From contig JANNXS010000075.1 of the NCBI GenBank assembly GCA_031409695.1, positions 1-51,649 of the forward strand: a DNA stretch of 51,649 bases. The letters run 5' to 3'. The notes under the pieces were generated by a model. The model worked only from the letters and a program-made list of their open reading frames with translations, was not told the DNA's origin and ran no database searches. The position numbers and the translations under genes are program-made. The stretch's first letter is position 1. Every line of letters starts with the position of its first letter. The stretch is from Hyphomicrobiaceae bacterium (GTDB lineage Bacteria > Pseudomonadota > Alphaproteobacteria > Rhizobiales > Hyphomicrobiaceae). Shown piece after piece: positions 1 through 9,399 of this stretch.

Positions 1-110
1 ACGACGAACCGGTGTCCACTTCGTCGGAAAATGCTTTGATCAGGTCTGGGCCGTTTTGATCCCTCTGTCCGTCTTGACAGCATTCGTCAGGAACCGGCGG
101 CGGCTGAGCC

Positions 111-145
111 AATAAAAAAAGGCGGCGAGGCTGATGCCTGCCGCC
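111..145 (-). terminator. Rho-independent terminator downstream of ftsH
   Basis: The minus strand reads GGCGGCAGG-CATCAG-CCTCGCCGCC (stem with one bulge) followed by TTTTTTTATT. It begins about 25 nt after the ftsH stop codon. Confidence 0.7.
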
Positions 146-170
146 CTCTATGTGTTTGCGCGTTTGGGGC

Positions 171-2093
171 TCACGCTGGTTGCGGCGCCGCTCCACCCGG
201 CTCTTCGCGCGCGGGCCGGGCTTGTCCTGTGCTTGGCACGGCAGGACCCGCCGGTTTCGCATCGTCGTCGTCAGCTTTGCGAACAATCCTGCCGCCGTCC
301 ATGACCAATTTGGTTTCTTCGCCCGAGAGAGTCTCGAATTCCATCAACGCCTGGGTGATGCGCTCCAGCTTGTCACGGTTGGCGAAGATGATCTCGCGCG
401 CCTTGTTGTAGCCATCGGTGACGATGCGGCGCACTTCAGCGTCGATCATCCTGGCAGTTTCTTCGCTCATCGTCTGACGCTGCGTGATGGAGTGACCGAG
501 GAATACCTCCTGCTGGTTCTCAGAATAGCGCAGAGGACCAAGCTTTTCGCTCATCCCCCACTCCGTGACCATCGAGCGGGCGAGGTTGGTCGCTTGCATG
601 ATGTCGTTGGAGGCGCCGGTGTTGAGGTGCTCTTCGCCATAGATCAGCTGCTCAGCGACCCGGCCGCCAAATGTCATGGCAAGGCGAGCCTCACACCAGT
701 CCTTGCCGTACGAGAGCTTGTCGCGCTCGGGAAGGCTCATGGTCACGCCGAGGGCGCGGCCACGTGGGATGATTGTGACTTTGTGGAGCGGATCGGTCTT
801 TGGCATCAACACATTCACCAGCGCATGGCCGGCCTCGTGATACGCCGTCGCGATCTTTTCTTCTTGCGTCATGGCCATCGACCGGCGCTCTGCACCCATC
901 ATGACTTTATCTTTGCTGTCCTCAAACTCACCCATGGTCACCAACCGCTTGTTCCGGCGGGCGGCCATGAGAGCTGCTTCGTTGACGAGATTGGCGAGAT
1001 CGGCGCCAGAGAAACCCGGCGTACCGCGTGCCAGAACTTTTGCGTCGACATCCGGCGCCAACGGCACCTTTCGCATGTGCACGCGCAGGATCTTTTCGCG
1101 TCCGCCAACATCAGGGTTCGGGACCGTGATCTGGCGATCAAAACGGCCGGGACGCAACAGAGCGGGGTCGAGCACGTCGGGCCGGTTGGTCGCCGCGATG
1201 ATGATCACGCCCTCGTTGACTTCAAAGCCATCCATTTCCACCAGCAGCTGGTTGAGTGTCTGCTCACGTTCATCGTTGCCGCCACCGAGGCCAGCGCCGC
1301 GATGACGGCCGACGGCATCGATTTCGTCGATGAAGATGATGCAAGGTGCGTTTTTCTTCGCCTGCTCGAACATATCGCGGACGCGGCTGGCACCGACGCC
1401 AACAAACATTTCGACGAAGTCAGAGCCGGAGATGGTGAAGAACGGCACATTGGCTTCACCAGCGACAGCGCGCGCAATCAATGTCTTGCCGGTGCCAGGG
1501 GGACCAACAAGCAAGGCACCGCGCGGGATTTTACCGCCCAAGCGTTGGAACTTGCCGGGATCTCTCAAAAACTCGACGATTTCCTGCAGATCGACCTTTG
1601 CTTCATCGACCCCAGCGACATCTTCAAAAGTCACCCGACCGTGGCGCTCCGTCAGCAGTTTTGCTTTCGACTTGCCAAAGCCCATGGCCCGGCCACCGCC
1701 CGATTGCATTTGACGCATGAAGAAGATCCACACGCCAACGATCAACAAGATCGGCAGCCAGTTCAGCAGGAATGACCAGAACGCAACATCCTCATCGGGT
1801 GCCTTGGCCGTGACTTTGGCACCTTTTTCGGCGGCACGCTTGGCAAGCGTTGGGTCATCGGGCGCGATGGTCAGGAAGTTGCCCGTGCGGTCGCGCAGGC
1901 GGGTCTCAAACTTGTGCCCGCGCACCTCCATCTCCGTGACGTTGCCGGCTTCCACGGCGGTCAGCAGTTCCGAGTACGGGAGATTAGTTGCCCCGCGCGT
2001 TCCTGATGTGTTGCTCTGGAACAAGTTAAACAGCGCCACCAGGAGCAATGCGATGATCACCCAGATCGCGAAATTGCGGAAGTTGGAATTCAT
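171..2093 (-). CDS. ftsH: ATP-dependent zinc metalloprotease FtsH
   Basis: 640-aa ORF with an N-terminal TM helix, Walker A GPPGTGKT, an AAA+ core and the zinc motif HEAGHA. It sits in conserved tilS-ftsH synteny. Confidence 0.97.
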   Translation of the reverse strand: MNSNFRNFAIWVIIALLLVALFNLFQSNTSGTRGATNLPYSELLTAVEAGNVTEMEVRGHKFETRLRDRTGNFLTIAPDDPTLAKRAAEKGAKVTAKAPDEDVAFWSFLLNWLPILLIVGVWIFFMRQMQSGGGRAMGFGKSKAKLLTERHGRVTFEDVAGVDEAKVDLQEIVEFLRDPGKFQRLGGKIPRGALLVGPPGTGKTLIARAVAGEANVPFFTISGSDFVEMFVGVGASRVRDMFEQAKKNAPCIIFIDEIDAVGRHRGAGLGGGNDEREQTLNQLLVEMDGFEVNEGVIIIAATNRPDVLDPALLRPGRFDRQITVPNPDVGGREKILRVHMRKVPLAPDVDAKVLARGTPGFSGADLANLVNEAALMAARRNKRLVTMGEFEDSKDKVMMGAERRSMAMTQEEKIATAYHEAGHALVNVLMPKTDPLHKVTIIPRGRALGVTMSLPERDKLSYGKDWCEARLAMTFGGRVAEQLIYGEEHLNTGASNDIMQATNLARSMVTEWGMSEKLGPLRYSENQQEVFLGHSITQRQTMSEETARMIDAEVRRIVTDGYNKAREIIFANRDKLERITQALMEFETLSGEETKLVMDGGRIVRKADDDDAKPAGPAVPSTGQARPAREEPGGAAPQPA

Positions 2094-2290
2094 GGTGGCC
2101 CTTCGTGCTCGCGACCGCTGAAACGGGCGCGGGCCCCGGTTCTAAGGTGTGTCCGTTGTCGGCGATTGACCAAACGGCTGGTTTAACCGAAGGCTTTAAC
2201 GACGATTAACAAGGGTTGGCTCTCGCCTAACCGTCGGCTGGTAGACCATAGATAAGCGTCTGCAGGATGTTTGCCAAGTTGATCCCGCGC

Positions 2291-3796
2291 TTATTCGACA
2301 CCCCGCTTACGGCTTTCTCGCGCGATCAGTTCGCTCCGCGGATGAAACCACATGCAGCCGACATCGTCGACCGGCGTCGGGCCAATCTCCGGGCCAATCT
2401 CCGGGCCAGCGCACAATGCGGCCAACGCCGGCACAGAGATCAGCGTGTCACCCGACCAGAATGCCGGTACAGTATGCAAAATGTCAGCAGTGACCTTCTC
2501 GGGCAGAGTAGTTTCGGGCGAGCAGCCCACATCACGCAGCCGTTTGAGCCCGTCTGGCCCAAGATGCCGAACGGTGATCCGCCGGGTCATTTCTGGGCTT
2601 GCCGCCGCCAAGCGTGTGACCCAAAAGCGATTGTCCCACAACAGGGTCTCCCCGGGTGCGATCTCGACCACCGCTGGCGGACGGCCAGGCTCACGTTGCA
2701 TCCGCAGGCAGTTCCCGGTCACGATAAACTTAACACACGCATAGGTTGCGACGTAAGCCGCGCGACCTGGTCCCGTCGACTTGCGACCAGACATGTCTTC
2801 GGACATGCATGATGTGACGGAAGCTTCAATCTCCTCGAGCTTGGCGCGCGATAAGAAATCGTCGACCCCACCCACATGGCGAACCAGAGCGGCAAGAACC
2901 CGCAGGCGGATCTCCCTTGGCTCGGACGTCCAACTGGCTCCCGTCAGCGTCGCAAAACCAAGGTTGTGCAGTATCACGCGCTCAGGGTCTGCCAAAACCC
3001 GCAACGTATCGGCAAGGACAACGTCTCGAGCGCCCTGGAGCCGGCGGGCTGAACGCGCCATGGCTGCACCAGAAATGCCAAGACCTTCGAGCACCACAAG
3101 GGCCTTGCGCATCCGCACGCGCTCCGAGAGGTCGTTGCTATTCCCGGGATCCTCGCGCCACGGAATGCCACGGGCCTCGGCTGTTGCCATCAAACGACCC
3201 TTGGAAACCTCAAGAAACGGACGCCGCACCACAAGAGCACCTGCGGCCGTCATCAGCACAGATGTTGGAGACATGGCCGACAGGCCATCGACGCCGCTGC
3301 CACGCGCCAGACGCATTAGAAACGTTTCGGCCTGATCGTCACGGGTGTGGGCCGTCACAACAGCATGAGCATGGTTGCGCCGGCACGCCGCGGCCAGGAG
3401 GCCATAGCGGGCAAAACGTGAAGCCGCGGCAATGCTTGCCGTCGGTCTGGCGTCACCCCAGACAAGCGTCTCATGATCGAGACCGAGCCGCGCTGCCAGC
3501 TGCGCGACAAAGGCCGCTTCGTCCGCTGATTCGGACCTCAGGCGATGGTCGACGGTCGCGACCATCAGGCGAGCCTCATGCCCGAGGCGCAGCCGAACCT
3601 CTACAGCGAGGTGCATCAGCACCATGCTGTCGACCCCGCCCGAGACGGCCAGCAACAGGCCTTGGCCGGCCTCGCCGAGCAGCAGTTGACCAAGACAGGT
3701 GTCTGCCTCCGCGTCCGACAGCGGCGCGTCTTCGTTCGGCGCCCCAGCTTTAGGCACCCCAGCTTTAGGCACCACAACCCTAGGCAACCAGGTCAT
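2291..3796 (-). CDS. tilS: tRNA(Ile)-lysidine synthetase TilS
   Basis: PP-loop motif SGGVDS near the N-terminus, and position between cpoB and ftsH. The start is set at ATG 3796 (TGATG overlap with the cpoB stop); ATG 3805 is an alternative. Confidence 0.85.
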   Translation of the reverse strand: MTWLPRVVVPKAGVPKAGAPNEDAPLSDAEADTCLGQLLLGEAGQGLLLAVSGGVDSMVLMHLAVEVRLRLGHEARLMVATVDHRLRSESADEAAFVAQLAARLGLDHETLVWGDARPTASIAAASRFARYGLLAAACRRNHAHAVVTAHTRDDQAETFLMRLARGSGVDGLSAMSPTSVLMTAAGALVVRRPFLEVSKGRLMATAEARGIPWREDPGNSNDLSERVRMRKALVVLEGLGISGAAMARSARRLQGARDVVLADTLRVLADPERVILHNLGFATLTGASWTSEPREIRLRVLAALVRHVGGVDDFLSRAKLEEIEASVTSCMSEDMSGRKSTGPGRAAYVATYACVKFIVTGNCLRMQREPGRPPAVVEIAPGETLLWDNRFWVTRLAAASPEMTRRITVRHLGPDGLKRLRDVGCSPETTLPEKVTADILHTVPAFWSGDTLISVPALAALCAGPEIGPEIGPTPVDDVGCMWFHPRSELIARESRKRGVE

Positions 3797-4842
3797 CACA
3801 CACACCCAAGCCGGCGGCGTTCATTATCCGCACGTGAGCGGACAGCACCAGGTGCATTGGGATAGCGCGTGTTCAGCTCCGAGAAGGATTGGCAGGCTGC
3901 ATCGCGCTGGCCGAGCCGATCCAACGACATGGCAAGCTTCAGCAGGCTATCCGGTGCCTTCGATGATCGGGCATAGGCTTGATAGCCCTTCAAGAACGCA
4001 GCTGCTGCGGACTTGAAATTGCCGCGTACGTAGAACGTCTCGCCAAGCCAATACTGGGCATTGCCCGCCAGTTGATCATTCCCAAATCGCCGGAGGAACT
4101 CATCAAATGCGGCTTCGGCCGCGCCATAGTCCTGTGCCAGCAGCAAACCATAGGCCGTCGCATACAGATCCTTGGCCGAACCATCGGCCGCGCCGGCCTG
4201 GGGCAACGACGGGTTTACGGCGGCGGACGGATTTGAACCGGGTTGGCCGATGATGGCGCCGATGGGATCGTTGCCGTTGCCGGGGGTCACTTGGGTCTGG
4301 AAGCCGCCGGGGCCAAGGGTCGGTGGCGAGGCAGCAGGTGGAGGCACTGACGCCTGCTGTCCTGGTCGGCCCTGACCCGAGTTTTGGCCCTGGTTTTGGC
4401 GCTGCTGCTGTTGCATCTGCTCAACCATATTCGAGAGCACACGCACTTGGCTCTCCAAGGCATCGACCCGGGTCGTATCCGCGCCGCCACCCGCTGGCAG
4501 GCCGACAGGCTGACGGCCAGCCGCGGCGGCGCCGCCGCGCGAGAGCGATTCAAGCGTGCCGACAGTCACCTGCATGTCGACAAGCTGCTCTTCCAACTGC
4601 TCGACGCGTTGACGTAAGGCTGCTGTGTCGCCACTGCCCGACGGAGCGGACGGTGGCTCGGCCGACGCTTTTGATGGCGCCGGTGCCGCCTGTTTGTTTG
4701 GGGTTGGGCGCGGCTGTGCACCCGGCTGCTGGGCTGCGGCGGTCGACACTAGGCCCATTGGTTCCGTGCCACCTGACACCATGCCAAATGCCAACGCCGC
4801 GACGAGCGCGGTCCCTGGCCAAACACTGATCCGCTGCATCAT
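3796..4842 (-). CDS. cpoB: Tol-Pal system protein CpoB/YbgF (signal peptide, coiled coil, Pro/Gln-rich linker, C-terminal TPR)
   Basis: 348-aa ORF with a signal peptide (VAALAFGMVSG). The C-terminal TPR block (YWLGETFYVRGNFKSAAAAFLKGYQAY...LKLAMSLDRLGQRDAAC) is typical of YbgF, and the gene lies upstream of tilS. Confidence 0.8.
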   Translation of the reverse strand: MMQRISVWPGTALVAALAFGMVSGGTEPMGLVSTAAAQQPGAQPRPTPNKQAAPAPSKASAEPPSAPSGSGDTAALRQRVEQLEEQLVDMQVTVGTLESLSRGGAAAAGRQPVGLPAGGGADTTRVDALESQVRVLSNMVEQMQQQQRQNQGQNSGQGRPGQQASVPPPAASPPTLGPGGFQTQVTPGNGNDPIGAIIGQPGSNPSAAVNPSLPQAGAADGSAKDLYATAYGLLLAQDYGAAEAAFDEFLRRFGNDQLAGNAQYWLGETFYVRGNFKSAAAAFLKGYQAYARSSKAPDSLLKLAMSLDRLGQRDAACQSFSELNTRYPNAPGAVRSRADNERRRLGCV

Positions 4843-5011
4843 GGCCTCATCCCCAAAAGCTTGCGTTCAAAATGGCCCCGAAATTCCCCCGAACCGGCGC
4901 CCGTTGTCTGAGCATGATCTGCTTCGCACCCAGCTTGTCAACGCATCTAACAAGCCGAGGCCGTTTAAGCTCAGGGTCCAAACCGCCGTGGTTGAAAACT
5001 CCCGGACCGCG

Positions 5012-6013
5012 TCACTTGACCGGCACACCAGCGGTCCGGTTCGGCCCGCGCGTGATCTCAAAGGCAAGACCCGGCGGCAGGCGGGTGATAACCGTCACCA
5101 CGCGACGGTTCTGCGCCAGACAATGCGCCTCTGCACAATCGGCGACCGGTCGTTCCCGTCCGAATGCCACAACGCTGATGCGGTCGGCTGCTACACCGAG
5201 GTCGTGAAGGCGCAATTTAACGGCATAGGCGCGCTTTTCGGCAAGCGCGCGATTGAACTCGCGGCTGCCGTGGTCGTCGCTGTGGCCTTCCACTAAAACG
5301 TCGACCCCGGGATAGCGGGCCAACCAACCCGCCTGGGCTTCGAGCGCTGTTTTCGCACGCCCACCAAGATCACTGCTGGCATCGGCAAAAAAGATCCGGT
5401 CTCCGGCCAGGTGGCGAAAATCCTCGCTTGCGTCGCGCAGAGGCGTCCCCGTCTCAGGGCCCGCTTCGAGCAACCGCGTCGACGCCATTGGCGCAGCATT
5501 AGCCGCGGGTGTCAGCAGGGATTGCGGCAGCTGGGAAGAGTTCGGCAGCTGGATTGTCCGCGCGGCCGGAACGGTCGCTGGCGGCGGCGTTACCCCAAGC
5601 TGCGTAACCCCAAGTTGTGTCGACCCAAGTTGTGGTGTGCTGCGCGCGTTGACATAGAATTGTTGCAAATCCCGCCGCGCCACATCGGCCAGGGGGCTGG
5701 TCGGAAAACGCGCCACAAGAACTTCGAGCCGACGTTGGGCAACGCCATATTGCCCGGCTTCGAGGTCGCTTCGGGCATCGGCATAGAGGCGGGCTGCCTC
5801 GTCGGCTCGGCCCCCGTCTTGGGACCCGTCTCGGCCCCCGTCGGGCTTAAAATCAGACTTGAATGGTTCAGGCGGTTGGATCGAGGCTGGGCCAGAACGT
5901 GACCAGAACGATCTGTCCGGCGACTGGCCAAACGCCTGCGTGCCGCAGATCATCGTTGCGAGCGCCACAAACGATATTGCCCAATGCGAGGGCTTGCTGG
6001 AGAGTAGGGTCAT
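5012..6013 (-). CDS. OmpA-family peptidoglycan-binding protein in the Pal position (long, with TPR-like middle region)
   Basis: C-terminal OmpA_C domain (FFADASSDLGGRAKTALEAQAGWLARYPGVDVLVEGHSDDHGSREFNRALAEKRA). Start moved to the internal ATG (MTLLSSKPSHWAISFVALA..., hydrophobic signal). The ORF track extends to 6058. Confidence 0.75.
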   Translation of the reverse strand: MTLLSSKPSHWAISFVALATMICGTQAFGQSPDRSFWSRSGPASIQPPEPFKSDFKPDGGRDGSQDGGRADEAARLYADARSDLEAGQYGVAQRRLEVLVARFPTSPLADVARRDLQQFYVNARSTPQLGSTQLGVTQLGVTPPPATVPAARTIQLPNSSQLPQSLLTPAANAAPMASTRLLEAGPETGTPLRDASEDFRHLAGDRIFFADASSDLGGRAKTALEAQAGWLARYPGVDVLVEGHSDDHGSREFNRALAEKRAYAVKLRLHDLGVAADRISVVAFGRERPVADCAEAHCLAQNRRVVTVITRLPPGLAFEITRGPNRTAGVPVK

Positions 6014-6240
6014 CGGTCGTCCGGGGATAAATCCGTCACCGCGCACGCCGCCACACATTTACGGCCGAACTGAGATTATTCCGGCCGGCGGCATACACCA
6101 TACGTGAAGATGGCACCTGTATCTTCATCTCCTGTAGCATAACGGTATCAGTGGTCTGCGGCGCCACGGAAGCACAGCCATCTGGGTTTTCGTGAAAGTT
6201 TAGCCCGCTTCAAGGTCAGTTCTCGCTCGGTGGATCGAAC

Positions 6241-7110
6241 GTGGCATTTCGCCTGCCTTTGGATGATTTGAGGCGCGGCGTTGCCGGCATGGCTCAATTG
6301 CAATTGGAGCGATTGGGCAAGGCGGTGCAGCAGTGTGAGCCCGCCCTTGAGCAGCGCAAACGGTTGAAAAAGCTACGTGCGCTGTTGAGCCTTGGCGAAA
6401 CAAGCCGCAACACCCGTGATTTACGCCGTTGCGACCGGATGCTCCGGGATGCAGGCCGGGCGCTTGGCTCGGTCCGCGACAACGCAGCCCGCGAGACCAC
6501 ACTGAATGGCCTCGTTGGCCTTGGGCTCGTCACACGGCCAGGGCTTGAGCAGGCGCTGCGGGAGGAACTCGGTCAGCCAAACCTCAAGGATATGCCGAAA
6601 CTTGATACAGACGCCATGGCCGATCGTCTCAGCCGCCTCGACTTGCACCACGTAACCCGACAAACCGTTATTGACGCGGCAGCGATAGGCTATAAATCCG
6701 CACGGCGCGGCCTTGAGTGTGCGCGCGACCACGGCACCAGTGACGCGCTGCACGATTGGCGTAAGACGGTGCAACGGCATGCACGCCACATGCAGCTTCT
6801 GGGCGATCTGTGGCCGGCCGACCTCGAAATGCGCTCAGCCGTCGCAAAGGACCTTGCCCGGGGCCTTGGCGACGAACATGATTTACATGTGTTCGCGGTC
6901 TGGATCTCAACCTGCACTGTGCCACGCGGCGAACGCGAAGCATTGGCTCTACTCCGTAAAAGCGTGATCAAACAGCAACTTTCGCTGCGTCCACACTTGC
7001 ACGCCCTCGGTGGTAGACTGTTTGCCGAAAAGCCCCGGCACTTTCGCCTGCGAATCGCCGTCTATGGCCGCCATCACGCAGCGCCGAATATCGCGCATGG
7101 TGGCCGTTGA
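6241..7110 (+). CDS. CHAD domain-containing protein
   Basis: 289-aa helical protein with a CHAD-like conserved His/Arg pattern (DALHDWRKTVQRHARHMQLL). It has a GTG start. Assigned by pattern recognition only. Confidence 0.5.
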   Translation: MAFRLPLDDLRRGVAGMAQLQLERLGKAVQQCEPALEQRKRLKKLRALLSLGETSRNTRDLRRCDRMLRDAGRALGSVRDNAARETTLNGLVGLGLVTRPGLEQALREELGQPNLKDMPKLDTDAMADRLSRLDLHHVTRQTVIDAAAIGYKSARRGLECARDHGTSDALHDWRKTVQRHARHMQLLGDLWPADLEMRSAVAKDLARGLGDEHDLHVFAVWISTCTVPRGEREALALLRKSVIKQQLSLRPHLHALGGRLFAEKPRHFRLRIAVYGRHHAAPNIAHGGR

Positions 7111-7202
7111 GTGCTTGTCCCAAGTGGGCAGCTGCTATACGGAAACGCCGTGCTCAGGGTGGCTAGTCGAGCAAACAACTTCACTTGGGGATGAGGGTAA
7201 CA

Positions 7203-7847
7203 ATGCGCATGTCGCTTCCGCGGCTTAAGCGCAGTCGCCATATGGTGGGCGTACTGGTTGGGGCCAGTTTCGTTCTTTCGGCGCTGTCTGGACCTGTAAC
7301 ATCACAGCCAACGGCGGGCCCCGAGGCCCTCGCTTTGCCGGACCTGCAGCTACGCCTTGAGGCGTCACGGACGGCCGTGCGAAACTATTCGGCGCTGCTC
7401 AAAGCGCGTATTGCTGAGGCCATTAAGGCTGGTGGACTGAAAGGCGCGGTTGGCAGCTGCAATTCACTCGTGCCCGACCTGAGCGCCGAGGTCGGCGATC
7501 AAACCAACGTCGAAATCGTTCGCACGGCCTTGCGGTTGCGCAACCCAGACAACGCTCCAGATCCTTGGGAGATGGCCAACCTCGAGCTGTTCCTCAAACA
7601 ACTGAACGCCGGCGGCGATCACAAGACGATGGAAGCCTACGATGTTCTCACGACCAAAGAAGGGCAACGCCTGTTTCGCTACATGAAGCCGATCATGACC
7701 AGCGAGGCTTGTCTCGGTTGCCACGGCACGGCCATCCCCCAGGAGGTCAAACTTGAGATTGCCCGCAATTATCCCGAAGACAAGGCCACCGGCTTCAACC
7801 TCGGCGAAATGCGCGGCGCGTTTTCGGTCATTCAAGAGGTCGAGTAG
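7203..7847 (+). CDS. DUF3365-type periplasmic haem-binding protein
   Basis: Signal peptide, a single CxxCH motif (CLGCHG) and a C-terminal GEMRGAFSV pattern typical of DUF3365/Tll0287-like proteins. Start chosen at the ATG preceded by GAGGG. Confidence 0.55.
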   Translation: MRMSLPRLKRSRHMVGVLVGASFVLSALSGPVTSQPTAGPEALALPDLQLRLEASRTAVRNYSALLKARIAEAIKAGGLKGAVGSCNSLVPDLSAEVGDQTNVEIVRTALRLRNPDNAPDPWEMANLELFLKQLNAGGDHKTMEAYDVLTTKEGQRLFRYMKPIMTSEACLGCHGTAIPQEVKLEIARNYPEDKATGFNLGEMRGAFSVIQEVE

Positions 7848-8002
7848 CATCCCTTGACGCATGCGGGCGCGCTCACTACCTCTTAAGTGATGCAATCATG
7901 ACAATGATCGGCGACGCCGGTCGCGCCGGTCTGACCTATTCCGTGTTACAACTGCTTGTCTCGACGTGCAGATGAAGCGATCGAATCCCCAGGAGAAAAT
8001 CC

Positions 8003-8335
8003 ATGCCCGCGAGCGATACGCATTACGTTTCGGATGCTGACTTCAAGTCAGCCGTGCTCGACGCCAAAGAGCCCGTCGTGGTCGATTTCTTTGCGGAGTG
8101 GTGTGGGCCTTGCAAGGCCATGGCACCGGCGCTCGACCAAGTCGCGACTGAAATGAAGGGCAAGGTCAAGATCGTCAAAGTCGACGTCGACCAAAGCCCG
8201 GTAACAGCCCAAGCTTATCGCGTACAGGCTATGCCAACCATGATGATCTTCAAAGACGGCAAGGTCGTCGACCAACATGTTGGCGCGCTAGTGCAGAAGG
8301 CCAAGCTTGAGGCGTGGATCAAGAAATCAGTTTGA
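8003..8335 (+). CDS. trxA: Thioredoxin
   Basis: 110 aa with active site WCGPCK and a typical TrxA length. Confidence 0.95.
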   Translation: MPASDTHYVSDADFKSAVLDAKEPVVVDFFAEWCGPCKAMAPALDQVATEMKGKVKIVKVDVDQSPVTAQAYRVQAMPTMMIFKDGKVVDQHVGALVQKAKLEAWIKKSV

Positions 8336-8415
8336 GCGTCTCTTACAGCGTGTGTGTTTGTGTCGCCTGTCGCGTTAGTCGCGACGGGCGATGTCGATTC
8401 TAGAGATGCTGAAGT

Positions 8416-9348
8416 ATGATCACTGGCCCCGAGACTTCGACCGACATACCACAGCGGACGTGGCCACTTCTCAAGGACGCGCAATGGCGCGTTGAGTACG
8501 GTCTCCTTCGCCTGGTCATTGGCTTTATCCGCGCGCTGCCGCTCGAAACCGCCACCAAGGTGTCGGCGTTCTTTTGGCAACTCATTGCCCCACGCCTGCG
8601 CCGTCACACCCGCGCGCTGGCCAATCTCGCCATCGCATACCCGGATATGCCCTTGGCCGGGCGCGAAAAGATTGCCCGCGCCATGTGGGGTAACCTCGGC
8701 CGCGTGATGGCTGAGACGATGCAGATCGATCGCATCATCGCTGATCCCACGCGCATAGAGATCGTCAGCCCGACATTTGCGCGCTACAAAGACAAACTCG
8801 GCCCCGTCGTCGGTGCCTCACTCCACATGGGCAACTGGGAACTCGCCATCTGGCCGCTGACAATCGCCGGCGCCACACCTGCCGCCGTCTACCGAACCGT
8901 CAACAACCCCTACGTTGACGCCTATCTGCGGCATCAGCGCCGCAGTCTCTATCCCGGCGGGCTGTTCGGCAAAGGCACGCTCGACGATCGGATGAAAGCC
9001 ATCCGCCACATGACCGACTACGTGCGTACCGGTGGCCGCCTCGGTATCGTCTCCGACTTGCATGACCACAAAGGCGTGCCCATTTCATTTTTCGGCACAC
9101 CCGCACCAACCACGCTTGCGCCCGCTCTGATCGCGCGCCGCACCGGTGCCCGAATCTGGGCCGCCCGTTGCCTGCGCATTGGCACCTCCAGCCGCTTTCG
9201 CATTGAGCTTAAGGAAGTGAAAGTCCCGCGCACCAGCAACCAAGGCTCCGACATCCAGGCGGCGACGGTCGCACTGCAAGCCCAGTTCGAGGCCTGGATC
9301 CGCGAAGCGCCGGAACAATGGATGTGGTCGAACCGGCGCTGGAGTTAA
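8416..9348 (+). CDS. Lipid A biosynthesis lauroyl/late acyltransferase family protein (LpxL/HtrB-like)
   Basis: 310 aa with an N-terminal membrane-anchor region and family-like blocks (ANLAIAYPDM, HMGNWE). The HxxxxE/D acyltransferase motif is in the expected place. Confidence 0.6.
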   Translation: MITGPETSTDIPQRTWPLLKDAQWRVEYGLLRLVIGFIRALPLETATKVSAFFWQLIAPRLRRHTRALANLAIAYPDMPLAGREKIARAMWGNLGRVMAETMQIDRIIADPTRIEIVSPTFARYKDKLGPVVGASLHMGNWELAIWPLTIAGATPAAVYRTVNNPYVDAYLRHQRRSLYPGGLFGKGTLDDRMKAIRHMTDYVRTGGRLGIVSDLHDHKGVPISFFGTPAPTTLAPALIARRTGARIWAARCLRIGTSSRFRIELKEVKVPRTSNQGSDIQAATVALQAQFEAWIREAPEQWMWSNRRWS

Positions 9349-9399
9349 CGGCGACGCCCAGGCGCAACGAGGCCCGAGCGCAGCGACGATCGCACGCGA

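Noticed and set aside
150-1775. 541-aa ORF on the + strand opposite ftsH
   Set aside because: It is entirely antisense to a confidently identified FtsH gene. The translation is Arg/Ala/His-rich and domain-less, as expected for a shadow ORF in high-GC DNA.
6143-6152. ACGGTATCAG 10-mer identical to the end of the repeat-element hairpin
   Set aside because: It is an isolated 10-nt match without the partner arm or any other part of the element, so probably coincidence.
8363-8391. Hairpin TCGCCTGTCGCG-TTAGT-CGCGACGGGCGA after trxA as an intrinsic terminator
   Set aside because: The stem is good (12 bp with one G-U), but there is no downstream T-run, so I do not list it as a supported terminator.
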